Virus record (IMG/VR): IMGVR_UViG_3300032324_000909
Coordinates: 76,532 to 140,531 of that record
From: a virus
Taxonomy: Duplodnaviria; Caudoviricetes
DNA: 64,000 bases
Direction: 5' to 3' (one strand)
This document shows positions 40,459 to 50,373 of the stretch, in pieces. Positions within the stretch are counted from its first letter, which is position 1, and each line of letters begins with the position of its first letter. The position numbers were made by a program, and so were the translations under genes. A model generated the notes under the pieces. The model made no database searches. It saw only the letters and a program-made list of their open reading frames with translations, and had not been told where the DNA came from.

Positions 40459-41280
40459 ATGTACAACTGGTTTAACTACTCACGGATTAAGAGGCAACTT
40501 GAGAACCAATTAGAGGAAAACGCAAGGCTAAGGGGGGAAAATAAGACCCTAGAAGATATTCTCAAGGCCATCCAAGAAGATGGAACTACAGAACACAATA
40601 ATGCAATAAATCTTAGAGAGTCAGTAGCACATTTAAGAGAAGAGGCAGAGAAGTTTTATAATGAAAATGTACAGCTTACCAAGGAAGTTAGAGATCTCAG
40701 GCATCTAAAGACTGAGAACGTTGAGTTGATTGAGAGGCTTCGGAAGGAAGGAAATAGTTATGGCATAACCTTTAATGAGGCTAAGACCCAAATTATTCAG
40801 AATGATTATAAGAAGTGCGCCCAACAGAGGGATGAGTATAAGCATCAACTCAATGCTGCTAATAAAGAGATTGAAGCATTAAAATTAATGCATGGGGAAA
40901 GAGAAAAGAAATTAAAAACATATAATAAGAGTTTACAATCTCAGATCACAAGTCTTAAAGAAGACAATGAATCTCAAAAGCATCCTATGTATCCGCTTCA
41001 TTGGGGTGGATATGATAAAAACATTATTGATCTTGTCGAGTCCGAATTGAATAACCAAGACCACGTAGAAGGCGAGTGGATGTCCACATGGTGTTATAAA
41101 TGTCAACATATAAAAGAACAATGCAAGTGTGATAAATATTTAAATATACAAGATTTGCCGAAGACATTTCCTAACGAGTTTCAAGAGCCAACGTGGGAAG
41201 AGGCGGCAAGCGATTTAGCTTTAAAATTAGTAAAGCTAGAAAAGAAAATACAAGACTTGACACGTCTTCCAAAAAAGTAA
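40459..41280 (+). CDS. coiled-coil hypothetical protein
   Basis: Long heptad region, CYKC...CKC; TTGACA-17-TAACAT upstream. Confidence 0.7.
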   Translation: MYNWFNYSRIKRQLENQLEENARLRGENKTLEDILKAIQEDGTTEHNNAINLRESVAHLREEAEKFYNENVQLTKEVRDLRHLKTENVELIERLRKEGNSYGITFNEAKTQIIQNDYKKCAQQRDEYKHQLNAANKEIEALKLMHGEREKKLKTYNKSLQSQITSLKEDNESQKHPMYPLHWGGYDKNIIDLVESELNNQDHVEGEWMSTWCYKCQHIKEQCKCDKYLNIQDLPKTFPNEFQEPTWEEAASDLALKLVKLEKKIQDLTRLPKK

Positions 41281-41293
41281 TATTATACATAAT

Positions 41294-41542
41294 ATGCCAA
41301 CAGGAACATTAACTTTTAATTTGCCAGAAGAGCAATCAGACTTCAAGCTTGCATCCAATGCCACTAGCTGGTATTTGGTTGCTTGGGACATAGATCAATA
41401 CCTAAGAGACAAGATCAAGTATCCAGAAGACACTGGAGACAATAAAGGAAAGTCCGATGAGTATTATGAAGCACTCGAAGAAGCTAGAAAAGAGTTTTGG
41501 GAGATCATGACACAAAGAGGTCTGGACTTTGATAATTGGTAA
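41294..41542 (+). CDS. hypothetical protein
   Basis: FNLPEE...WDIDQYLR..IKY common phage pattern. Confidence 0.7.
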   Translation: MPTGTLTFNLPEEQSDFKLASNATSWYLVAWDIDQYLRDKIKYPEDTGDNKGKSDEYYEALEEARKEFWEIMTQRGLDFDNW

Positions 41543-41548
41543 TAATAT

Positions 41549-41755
41549 ATGAAACCTGAATGGGAATTTAGAAATGATAGTGAGGGTAATCTTGATGAGA
41601 TTACCGCAGAAGATGTTCAGTTCTTTCATCTAGAAAGAATGGATAATGGTCATTGGTGGCTAGGCGTAACTCTTCAGGATGGTTCTAGGATTACAGCCAA
41701 TCTCATCTCTGATTTTAATAAAAGAATTAATTGTGTAGCATATAAAGAGGATTGA
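41549..41755 (+). CDS. hypothetical protein
   Basis: HLERMDNGHWW. Confidence 0.7.
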   Translation: MKPEWEFRNDSEGNLDEITAEDVQFFHLERMDNGHWWLGVTLQDGSRITANLISDFNKRINCVAYKED

Positions 41756-41780
41756 CACATCTTCCTAAAGAATATAGAAT
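41752..41780 (+). promoter_or_regulatory. sigma70-type promoter, leaderless geometry
   Basis: TTGACA-17-TAGAAT, ATG 6 nt later. Confidence 0.8.
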
Positions 41781-41786
41781 AAGATT

Positions 41787-42137
41787 ATGACAAAAGAACT
41801 CTTTGAAGAAATTATCTTAAAGCTTCAGCTAATGCATGAAAAGGGTCGAAAGACTTATGATCTTGGTATTGACCTGATGGAGTATACTGAACCATATGAA
41901 AGGGTTATTGATGTCCTTTTGAAGTCTCATTTTAATAACGAACAAATTGGATGGATTGATTGGTATCTTTATGAAAGACCATCTCTATTAAAGAATGGAA
42001 AGCCTAACAAAGCTTATAAGGCAGTTGGTAAGAAGAAGGTAGAAATCTGTCACACTATTGATTCTCTTTGGGAGACCATTCAGGAATATACACCTCAAGC
42101 TGAATGGGACAAAAGATGGCCGGGGAGGGAAAAATAG
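41787..42137 (+). CDS. hypothetical protein
   Basis: WIDWYLYE pattern. Confidence 0.7.
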   Translation: MTKELFEEIILKLQLMHEKGRKTYDLGIDLMEYTEPYERVIDVLLKSHFNNEQIGWIDWYLYERPSLLKNGKPNKAYKAVGKKKVEICHTIDSLWETIQEYTPQAEWDKRWPGREK

Positions 42138-42140
42138 AAT

Positions 42141-42518
42141 ATGAAAAAAATTATCTTTGCTTTAATTTTGTTAACAGGTTGTGAAAGCACACCTAAAAAT
42201 CCTAATGCATGGATGGAATTTGAACAGAATGCTTGTCTTCCAACAGCGATTTCATTTAGAGAGGGATTAAGAAAATATAATGTATGGTCAGAAGTTATCA
42301 CTATGAGTTATATAGACTATAATAGAAAACAAAAACTTTCCGGTCATGCGATAGTTGCTTATCTATACCCGCCTTCAAAAAATCAGCTTTGGACTTATGA
42401 CTCAAAAGGTAGTTACAGGACTAGGGCGTATATTACCGATCCTGTTAGTATATCTCAACAGGCTATGGATAATAGGGGTGAAAGCGTAAAAATAATTAAA
42501 GCACAATTTGAAAAATAA
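42141..42518 (+). CDS. putative lipoprotein, possible Cys-His hydrolase fold
   Basis: Lipobox LTGC; NACLP...GHA...YD. Confidence 0.6.
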   Translation: MKKIIFALILLTGCESTPKNPNAWMEFEQNACLPTAISFREGLRKYNVWSEVITMSYIDYNRKQKLSGHAIVAYLYPPSKNQLWTYDSKGSYRTRAYITDPVSISQQAMDNRGESVKIIKAQFEK

Positions 42519-42583
42519 GTACTTATTATGGTGAATTAACAGTTGACAAAGCGGTTGAAATCATTTACAATTCCTTAACAATT

Positions 42584-42979
42584 ATGATAAAGAAAGCATT
42601 ACAACCAACTAATGATGCCTATATCCAGTTTACCGAAGAAGAACTTCAGGAAATTGGGGCGAGCGCAGGAACTAAATTTAGTGTTAAGTTTCACGACAAT
42701 GGCTCAATTGAGCTTCGTCCTTATAAGAAAATAGAAATTGATATTGAAGATTGGCCTAGAGAAATTCTTGAAATGCTAATAACCGATTCATGTGAACAAG
42801 ATATTTCTGTTAATGATATTATTGGGAATCTTCTTAGAGAATCGTTGGACAAATATCCAACAGATGAATATCTAGAGCAAGCTAAGAAAGATTTAGTTTT
42901 GGAAATGGACTATTTGTATAAAGCAAACATAGATCCAGATTCTACCAATACCGATACGAGCGTTACCAGTGAACGATAA
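42584..42979 (+). CDS. hypothetical protein, AbrB-like N-terminus
   Basis: YIQFTEEELQEIG...GTKF...GSIELRP. Confidence 0.55.
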   Translation: MIKKALQPTNDAYIQFTEEELQEIGASAGTKFSVKFHDNGSIELRPYKKIEIDIEDWPREILEMLITDSCEQDISVNDIIGNLLRESLDKYPTDEYLEQAKKDLVLEMDYLYKANIDPDSTNTDTSVTSER

Positions 42980-43559
42980 ACTTAGAAACGAAACAGTTCT
43001 AGTTTTAAATAGGAACTGGCAAGCAATTCATGTTAAGAATGCTATAGAAGCAATTTCTATGATGTATACTAACAATGCCACTGGTCTTGATATTCGCGGC
43101 GAAGATAACATGGTTCCATTAAAATGGGAGGATTGGATTAAGTTAAATGTTTCAGAAGAAACGGATAATTATATACAAACAATTAAAGGTAAAATTAAAA
43201 TACCGAAAGTAATTGTTTTATGTCACTATAATCTAGTGCCTAGAAAGCGGCCCAAATTTTCTGCAAAAGCTATATGGGAAAGGGACAACGGTATGTGCCA
43301 GTACACGGGAAAAAAACTTTTTCCAATAGACGCTAATATAGATCATGTAATTCCTCGCTCGCGAGGAGGAAAAACCAACTGGTCAAATTGTGTTCTTACG
43401 CATAAAGATATTAATTCAAAAAAAGCGGACAGAACTCCAGAAGAGGCTGGTTTAAAATTAATTAAAAAGCCACAAGATCCCAAAGAGTTACCGTCTACTT
43501 TTTATATTAAAAATAAACATAATGTAAAAGAGTGGGAAATGTTCTTAAATTGGAATTGA
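42969..43559 (+). CDS. HNH endonuclease (McrA-like)
   Basis: LVLN, RDNGMCQY, IDHVIPRSRGG..W.N......N..K. Confidence 0.9.
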   Translation: MNDKLRNETVLVLNRNWQAIHVKNAIEAISMMYTNNATGLDIRGEDNMVPLKWEDWIKLNVSEETDNYIQTIKGKIKIPKVIVLCHYNLVPRKRPKFSAKAIWERDNGMCQYTGKKLFPIDANIDHVIPRSRGGKTNWSNCVLTHKDINSKKADRTPEEAGLKLIKKPQDPKELPSTFYIKNKHNVKEWEMFLNWN

Positions 43560-43590
43560 CATATAGTGCATATAGTATTATTATATATTA

Positions 43591-44325
43591 ATGGACGTAA
43601 AAATTATCAGAACCCTAGATAAGAGGCTCGCCGGGCCCACCTTCCTTAAATATATAGAAGTTTCCTCGGTTGATGAGTACTTTGCACTACCAAAGTCAGC
43701 TCGCGAACTTTACGGGCTTTATAGAAAGCCTTTTGCGCTACCTATCGACCGTGCCTCGTTGTTCGGTGAAAACACGTCGAAGGAGAAAGGGTGGAACGCA
43801 TGGCGTAAAGAGATTAAACGCCTTTATCCTGTACAGTGGTTCGTTCGTGAATGGTGCTTTAGTTGGGAGAATCCAGTTTACTCGTTTTTTAAAGGACTAT
43901 ATTTTGATTATATGGAAAAGAAGTATGCTGTAAAGCGTTTTATCAAACCTTTTTATCCGCGCTTTCGAAAGTCAATGCCTAGACATCAATATACAGATGT
44001 TAGCGAGGCACTACGCAAGGTTAACTTTGCACTACTACTTGATTTTTGGTACGATGAAATGGTTGATGGGATTGTAGATTGGAATGACAATAATGCACAT
44101 AAAGATTTCTTTAAAAAAGTTAAAGCCGCTGTTAAGTATATTGAAGTCGAGCGTCCGGCGCTAGAAAACAAGGCCGATGCCGCGCTTACGGCTGCAACAG
44201 ATAAAAAGAAAGGTACTTATGAGCAGCGTTACGCAAAGCATAACGCAATTGAGGCAAAGATCGTACAAAAAGACACCGAGCTTCTAGTGTGGATGATGCA
44301 ACAGCGCGAGATGTTCTGGACTTAA
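43591..44325 (+). CDS. hypothetical protein
   Basis: 244 aa behind TTGACA-17-TATTAT. Confidence 0.7.
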   Translation: MDVKIIRTLDKRLAGPTFLKYIEVSSVDEYFALPKSARELYGLYRKPFALPIDRASLFGENTSKEKGWNAWRKEIKRLYPVQWFVREWCFSWENPVYSFFKGLYFDYMEKKYAVKRFIKPFYPRFRKSMPRHQYTDVSEALRKVNFALLLDFWYDEMVDGIVDWNDNNAHKDFFKKVKAAVKYIEVERPALENKADAALTAATDKKKGTYEQRYAKHNAIEAKIVQKDTELLVWMMQQREMFWT

Positions 44326-44329
44326 TATT

Positions 44330-45346
44330 ATGAGTAATGTTCTATTGATAGAAAGCTGCGAGAAAAAGACTATAGAAGAAAATTTTTCCAATACTTCCAT
44401 AGTACATGTAAGGAACTCACTAATTTTAAAGAAAGAACTTGGTTATGAATTAGTTACACACATGTCACAAATACCGAAGGCTTTGGAAAAGCAATGGGAT
44501 CACATTGTTTGTTGCTACGCTTCTCCCTATATGAAATACAAGGCATATATGGATATTATCGACAATAACCCTAATGCTAAATTGTGGTTTTTAGTAAACG
44601 ATTATGACTTAGAAGATAACGTTCTATTAAGAAACGTGGTAAAGAAATACCATAAAAAGTACAATGTTATTTGTAATACCGAAAGATCTGGATACCGTCA
44701 TTGGATTTTGGGTAAAAAACTCGAAGAAAAAAAGCTAAACGATTGGATTGACGAATGGCATGTAGCAAATTTAAATTCATTAATTTTCAATTACTCTAAA
44801 CCACTAGATCAGGATGCAATAAAAAATAAAAAAGATTGTATATATTTTGGCACACCTAGAAAGCACAGGTATAAAGACATGATTGCTTTTAATGGGGTTG
44901 ATAATTACTACATTTCTTCATCAATAAAAAATCAGTTAAAATATCAAAACGCGGGTATTGAGGCTAACTACCTAGACAAGTTGGACTGGACTACTGGAAA
45001 CGAAACACTTAAAAATTACAAATATTCAATCTATTTTGAAGATGTTCACACTCATGATGTGTATTCCGGACTTGCGAATAGATTTTACGAATGCCTAATG
45101 TGTGATGTTATTTTGTTTTTTGATGCGAAATGTGTTAAAACAATAAACAAGGCAAGGGAACGTGGTTATAAAATCAGCGATTTTCTTATTGTAAAAGACG
45201 CTAAAGAATTAAATGAAAGAATGCAAATATTAAATGATTCTAATAATCTATATGTAGAAGCACTTAATAATCAAAGGATAAATATTGATATCGCACTTGT
45301 TGATAAGTGCGCGTGTTTAAATAAGATTAATTCTACCTTAAGCTAA
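44330..45346 (+). CDS. GT-B glycosyltransferase resembling T4 DNA beta-glucosyltransferase
   Basis: WFLVNDYDL, DCIYFGTPRKHR, YSIYFED...ANRFYECLMCDVILFFD parallel T4 BGT motifs. Confidence 0.6.
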   Translation: MSNVLLIESCEKKTIEENFSNTSIVHVRNSLILKKELGYELVTHMSQIPKALEKQWDHIVCCYASPYMKYKAYMDIIDNNPNAKLWFLVNDYDLEDNVLLRNVVKKYHKKYNVICNTERSGYRHWILGKKLEEKKLNDWIDEWHVANLNSLIFNYSKPLDQDAIKNKKDCIYFGTPRKHRYKDMIAFNGVDNYYISSSIKNQLKYQNAGIEANYLDKLDWTTGNETLKNYKYSIYFEDVHTHDVYSGLANRFYECLMCDVILFFDAKCVKTINKARERGYKISDFLIVKDAKELNERMQILNDSNNLYVEALNNQRINIDIALVDKCACLNKINSTLS

Positions 45347-45350
45347 GTAA

Positions 45351-45614
45351 CTAACTATAGCAATAGGTATACTTATTTGTTCCAGATAAAATACCGGAAT
45401 AAACATTGTTACCCCACGATAATCCATTATTAATATTATTGGAACTATTTATTGTTACAGAAGCACATCCAGTAGATGTAATATTATACCAAAAATTTCC
45501 AGTTAAATTTGTAGTTAAGGGCGACCAAACAATATTGGATCCTAGATAGCCAATAGTAATAGCATTAGAACCAACGTATAGCGCAGTTAAACTATTCTGG
45601 CCATAGTAAATCAT
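45351..45614 (-). CDS. small virion-associated protein
   Basis: LYVGSNAITIGYLGSNIVW pattern typical downstream of fibre genes. Confidence 0.6.
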   Translation of the reverse strand: MIYYGQNSLTALYVGSNAITIGYLGSNIVWSPLTTNLTGNFWYNITSTGCASVTINSSNNINNGLSWGNNVYSGILSGTNKYTYCYS

Positions 45615-45615
45615 A

Positions 45616-47511
45616 TTAAACTACTAGATACAAAGTTCTACCATCAGGGGTTATCGCATTATATTGTGATTGTGTTAAATACACAATAGATGACACTGTA
45701 TAATTACCAGTAATTACATTACCACCATTTGAAACTCCAGTTCCACTTATTGTAGGAATAAATCCACTTGGGTTATTTGCGGAGTAGAAAGCTCCAGTTT
45801 GTGCAGTACTAACAAACTGTCCAGTTTGACTGTCTGTTACATAACTAGAAAGGTTAACGCCAGTAATATAACCACTTGGGTTATTTCTTGGATAAAGGTT
45901 GGCTAAATCACTAGTTAAATTTGCTATCTTACTTTGTGATATGGCGGCATTATTATCTACATCACTATCGAAAATACCAGTAGCAGGAGTTTGTAGTACG
46001 CCATTTATAACCTTAACTACGCCGTTACCGGCCACAGTAGGAATTGTTGTATGAACGTGAGATGGGCGATAACTATCAAAGTATAAAGTAATTCTTCTTT
46101 CATTACTGGTATATTTTTTACCATATATTTCTATATATAAACGCTCGGTTGCCAAAATACCAGTTTGCGGTACAGTTACATTTGCTATATATTGGGCAAT
46201 GGTATCTGTCTCATAAAGATAAATATCATCCGATTCACCCAACTTGCGGTAAGTTGAGTTGGTTGGGTTATATATATGAACAATTGTTTTAATTGATGAT
46301 TGCGTCGCACTCGAACTATTTACTCTAGCCCAAATATTAAAATCCCAAAGACCAGCTGGAATCTCTGTTACACCAGGATTACCACTAGCACTCACAAAGC
46401 CGCATATTAATTGGTTAGTATTCTGAGGATCTAAGTCGGCGCTCTGTGCTTGTCCACTTCCTTCGTAATATGTCGTACCTAAAAGTGAAAGTGGGAAATC
46501 GCCAGTAGTTGGCAACCCGCCGGTAGGAGCTATTCCGCTTGTGTGTGCGAAATTAAAATAATAAACCCTACCGCCACCGCCATTACCACCCGCTGGAATA
46601 CTGCCGGGAACCCAAGCGGAACCATTCCATTGTAGGGTCTGACCACCAACTGGTGTTTCATTACTAACAGGATTACCTTGGATTTTGGTTACTGTTGGGG
46701 AAAGCAAACTACCACTTAGATCCCCACCATTGTTAAAGTTAAATTGAGATACGCCAGTTATAAATCCACTTGGGTTATTGCTAGTATAGAAAGTGCCAGT
46801 CTGTCCGGTTTTAACGTATCCTGATAAAGTTCCTGATAAAGAATTTGCAAACCCACTAACTGCAGCGTTTGCGCTAGACATTGAATACCCAATTGCCAAT
46901 TGCACAACGCCTGTTAATCCTGTTGCTAATTCACTTGCCGTAGCAAATCCACTTGGGTTGTTAATCCTATAAAATGAATTATCTACATACCCACTTAACT
47001 GATCAACATTAAAAACAGAAGCTATTTCATTCAAATTTTCAAGATTCTCACTTCTTGCGCCAATTCCGAATACCCACTTACCAGCGGGGGAATCAAAACC
47101 CAATATTGCACCAGTATCATTTAATCCTGTTTTGCCCTCCTCAGTAACAAAAAATATACCACCATCACTAGCTGGACCATGGACCATTCCATCACCACCA
47201 GTAACATTCAGTAGTAAATAGTTAGTGCCTATGTTTATAGCATTAGTATTAACAATTGTTTCTGTTCCAGTTACTGTTAAATTATTTATAACTAAATTAC
47301 CTAAAAATTGTTTATTCCCACTAATCGCCTGATTTCCAGTTGTATAAACAATATTAGGTATGCTAGTAATAAAGCCGCTTGGGTTGCTTCTAGGATAAAA
47401 AGCTCCAGTTTGTGCAGTGCTAATAAACTGCCCAGTTTGCCCAGTTGTTATAAAACCACTGGCAGTTAAATCAACATTTGCAGCACTTGACTGCTCTACG
47501 GTATTTATCAT
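45616..47511 (-). CDS. tail fibre-like protein with NPSG(F/Y) repeats
   Basis: Five NPSG repeats, GNQAISGNKQF, LQWNGSAW, LTQSQYNAI...TLY end; GTGTAAATA upstream; start 47511 or 47523. Confidence 0.7.
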   Translation of the reverse strand: MINTVEQSSAANVDLTASGFITTGQTGQFISTAQTGAFYPRSNPSGFITSIPNIVYTTGNQAISGNKQFLGNLVINNLTVTGTETIVNTNAINIGTNYLLLNVTGGDGMVHGPASDGGIFFVTEEGKTGLNDTGAILGFDSPAGKWVFGIGARSENLENLNEIASVFNVDQLSGYVDNSFYRINNPSGFATASELATGLTGVVQLAIGYSMSSANAAVSGFANSLSGTLSGYVKTGQTGTFYTSNNPSGFITGVSQFNFNNGGDLSGSLLSPTVTKIQGNPVSNETPVGGQTLQWNGSAWVPGSIPAGGNGGGGRVYYFNFAHTSGIAPTGGLPTTGDFPLSLLGTTYYEGSGQAQSADLDPQNTNQLICGFVSASGNPGVTEIPAGLWDFNIWARVNSSSATQSSIKTIVHIYNPTNSTYRKLGESDDIYLYETDTIAQYIANVTVPQTGILATERLYIEIYGKKYTSNERRITLYFDSYRPSHVHTTIPTVAGNGVVKVINGVLQTPATGIFDSDVDNNAAISQSKIANLTSDLANLYPRNNPSGYITGVNLSSYVTDSQTGQFVSTAQTGAFYSANNPSGFIPTISGTGVSNGGNVITGNYTVSSIVYLTQSQYNAITPDGRTLYLVV

Positions 47512-47663
47512 TTTCTGGATCACCAAAGTATTTACACCAAATCAATAACCACTCCACTATAGATGCGTGTTGTTTTTAATTTTCTAGGGTATAATAAAAA
47601 AAGAATTTAAATTACTTTGAAAAAATACTTGCTAAACTATAAAAATAGATTTACCATGTATAA

Positions 47664-48191
47664 ATGAAGAATACACAAAAAACACAGAAACTCGGATGGC
47701 TTGAGCCAGAAGATAGCTTTGAAATACCTTCATTAAAAGAGTTAATGAGAAATCTAAGGGTTATTTCTACCAACGAGTCAAGCACTTCTGTACAAGGAGA
47801 ACGCAGAGACAGCGTTACAGACGATTGGAAAAGCTTTAGGTTCCCGATTTCTAACGATGTAAATGTTGTAATAGTTGAGAAGTCTTCCAAGGAATCCACG
47901 CGCGAACCCAAACTTTCACAAAAAACAGAAAATAAAAATATGAATACAGAAAATACAGAAAACGTCTCGCCCCGCAGAAGGGGGCGCCCATCGAAACATA
48001 CCAAGCCGCTAAACGAACTAGGCGGAACTTCTGGAGAGTTTACCGTAAACGATATTGTTTCCAAAAATGACATCAAGGAATACGAAGCCCATAATTTGGT
48101 AAGAAGTGCCCTTAAGCAGGGTAAGGTTACCATTGTGAAGGAAATTTCCGGTGGCAGGGGTAAGCCCAAAAAAGTCTATCGCCTATCTTAA
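47664..48191 (+). CDS. putative DNA-binding protein (AT-hook + winged-helix-like)
   Basis: RRRGRP, GRGKPKKVY; TTGCTA-17-TACCAT upstream. Confidence 0.6.
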   Translation: MKNTQKTQKLGWLEPEDSFEIPSLKELMRNLRVISTNESSTSVQGERRDSVTDDWKSFRFPISNDVNVVIVEKSSKESTREPKLSQKTENKNMNTENTENVSPRRRGRPSKHTKPLNELGGTSGEFTVNDIVSKNDIKEYEAHNLVRSALKQGKVTIVKEISGGRGKPKKVYRLS

Positions 48192-48206
48192 TATTACTAA
48201 ATTAGT

Positions 48207-48629
48207 ATGGGTAAAAATTACGACTATACGCCAGATAACATAACTTCACTTGAAAACAATGAAGTTTTTGTTTTCGGTAGCAATCTAGCTGGTATTCATG
48301 GGGCTGGTGCCGCAAAACTAGCAAGGGAAAAATTCGGAGCAGTATTGGGCAAGGGCATTGGAATGTATGGTAATTCCTATGCCATACCAACTAAAGATTT
48401 TTCAATAGAAACGCTTGAATATTCAGATATAGAAAAACACGTTCAGGATTTCATTGCTTTTGCCAGACAAAATCCCGCTAAAACTTTTCTAGTTACTCTT
48501 ATTGGATGTGGTTTGGCAGGATACGACCCTAAAGATATTGCGCCACTATTCTATTCGGTACCACTAAACGTTATACTTCCGGAACAATTTGCAAGTGATT
48601 TATATAAAGAAAGACTAGTTGTAACTTAG
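48207..48629 (+). CDS. macrodomain-like phage protein
   Basis: VFVFGSNLAGIHGAGAA, SYAIPT, IGCGLAG. Confidence 0.75.
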   Translation: MGKNYDYTPDNITSLENNEVFVFGSNLAGIHGAGAAKLAREKFGAVLGKGIGMYGNSYAIPTKDFSIETLEYSDIEKHVQDFIAFARQNPAKTFLVTLIGCGLAGYDPKDIAPLFYSVPLNVILPEQFASDLYKERLVVT

Positions 48630-48644
48630 ATAGTAAAAATTTAA

Positions 48645-48727
48645 TGGGCAGTGGAGGAATTGGTAAACTCGGGGGTCTTTGGAACCTCTGTCGAAAGACG
48701 CTGAACGTTCAAGTCGTTCCTGCCCAG
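48645..48727 (+). tRNA. tRNA-Gln(TTG) with long variable arm
   Basis: TGGGCAG/CTGCCCA acceptor, G73, anticodon TTG 48679-48681, V-arm TGTC-GAAA-GACG, T-loop TTCAAGT. Confidence 0.85.
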
Positions 48728-48767
48728 CTTTTTAAAATTCACAATATTAACTTTCGGTAGATATAAA

Positions 48768-49469
48768 ATGAAAATTAACTACAAACTCAAAGAAATTTAT
48801 AATAGAATTTTTTTAGTAACGATAAAAGATCAATACGATCTCGCAATGACGTTCTGTCGTTTACAAGAGTATTACGAATCCCCATTTAAACAAGTTCGTG
48901 GTAAAACTTTTACTATGACAGAATTTCAAAGAATGTACGCCAAAAAGTTTGGTGATGGGGTATTTACATATCCCGTAGATTGGGCTGGATTTAACGTGCC
49001 GGGCGAAGTTGTGGACGAGTTCATGTCTGCAAATTTTGAGGATTGGGGCAACGAGTACGATTTTGTAATAGATGAAATTCATTGGAAAATTACCGATGAA
49101 CACGAGTCATACAATGATACTAATCCATATTACCTAATTGGTGCCGAACCTAAAGATAAAGATACTATTAAACATGAAATGTGTCATGCCATTTATTATT
49201 TAGACAGTCAATATCGAGAGCAAGTAAATTTAATTATATCGCAATTAAATAGATCTGTTTTTGCGCAGTTTAGATCTCATTTATTAAATATAGGATATTC
49301 AAAACAGGTAATAACTGATGAAATAAATGCATATATATGCGTAGATTCACATCAACTTACCGATAGCGCAAAAATGAACAAAAGGGAAAAGAAAAACTTC
49401 CAAAATATTCAGTCAAAACTGCAAGAATTATTCGCCACAACCATGTCAGCAAGAAAGAATAATAGATAA
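48768..49469 (+). CDS. hypothetical protein with HExxH
   Basis: RLQEYYES, WAGFNVP, HEMCH, DEINAY. Confidence 0.7.
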   Translation: MKINYKLKEIYNRIFLVTIKDQYDLAMTFCRLQEYYESPFKQVRGKTFTMTEFQRMYAKKFGDGVFTYPVDWAGFNVPGEVVDEFMSANFEDWGNEYDFVIDEIHWKITDEHESYNDTNPYYLIGAEPKDKDTIKHEMCHAIYYLDSQYREQVNLIISQLNRSVFAQFRSHLLNIGYSKQVITDEINAYICVDSHQLTDSAKMNKREKKNFQNIQSKLQELFATTMSARKNNR

Positions 49470-49536
49470 ATTATTATATGTTTAAAAATTTCTTTTTAAC
49501 TACTGACCGATTACACTTCTTGGTGTATTAATTATT

Positions 49537-49746
49537 ATGGAAACTAACTTCAATAACAATATTGAAAAATGGAGTGGTTTTTATAAAACAGAGAAGGAAG
49601 CGGAAGAGTCCCTACAAAAACAAGTTAGCATAATGTCTTTAAAAAAATTAATTGTTTCGGCTAAAAAGGAATTGATAGTTCAAAAGAAAAACCCAATGCT
49701 ACTATATAAATTTACAGTTGTGACATCTGTTAAAAATTGTGATTAA
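49537..49746 (+). CDS. hypothetical protein
   Basis: 69 aa; GTGTAT motif upstream. Confidence 0.55.
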   Translation: METNFNNNIEKWSGFYKTEKEAEESLQKQVSIMSLKKLIVSAKKELIVQKKNPMLLYKFTVVTSVKNCD

Positions 49747-49791
49747 TTTTTACTTGAAAATTTCGTAAATATAGAGTATTATTATAATAGC

Positions 49792-49867
49792 GCGCGATTA
49801 GCTCAGTGGTAGTAGCGTTTCCTTTACACGGAAAATGTCGGGGGTTCAAATCCCTCATCGCGTACCA
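49792..49867 (+). tRNA. tRNA-Val(TAC)
   Basis: Cloverleaf, TTTCC-TTTACAC-GGAAA, encoded CCA. Confidence 0.95.
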
Positions 49868-50057
49868 ATTTTAATTATGCAAGCACATATTAAAGCCACT
49901 ATCAATTGCAAGAATACCGAGCAGTTTCTATTTGATTCTCTATTCTTTCTAGAAAGTAAAATAATTTGGATTATATTAAAGAACAAATAATTAAAGTTGC
50001 TAATGTTAATTCCAATTGTGATATTCTAAATTTAGAGATACAGTATCTTTTTAATAT

Positions 50058-50130
<73 letters not shown>

Positions 50131-50145
50131 AAACCTTTAATAATT

Positions 50146-50373
50146 ATGTTTAACTTGATTAATAGAATACTTATAACCTTTGATGTTATATACCTTATTA
50201 CAATAGTTTTTTCTATTATTGCAATATTTCTCATCTACAAGGAAGACGTAGATGCTTTCGTGGAAGACCCTAAAAACACTTGGATAAATATCCTAATTGG
50301 GTATGGTGGCTTTTTATTCGTTCCGTCTCTTGTTTATTTTTTTATTAGTTTAATTTATCAATACTGCTTTTGA
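50146..50373 (+). CDS. small membrane protein (2 TM)
   Basis: ATG 50146 downstream of tRNA-Ala. Confidence 0.55.
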   Translation: MFNLINRILITFDVIYLITIVFSIIAIFLIYKEDVDAFVEDPKNTWINILIGYGGFLFVPSLVYFFISLIYQYCF

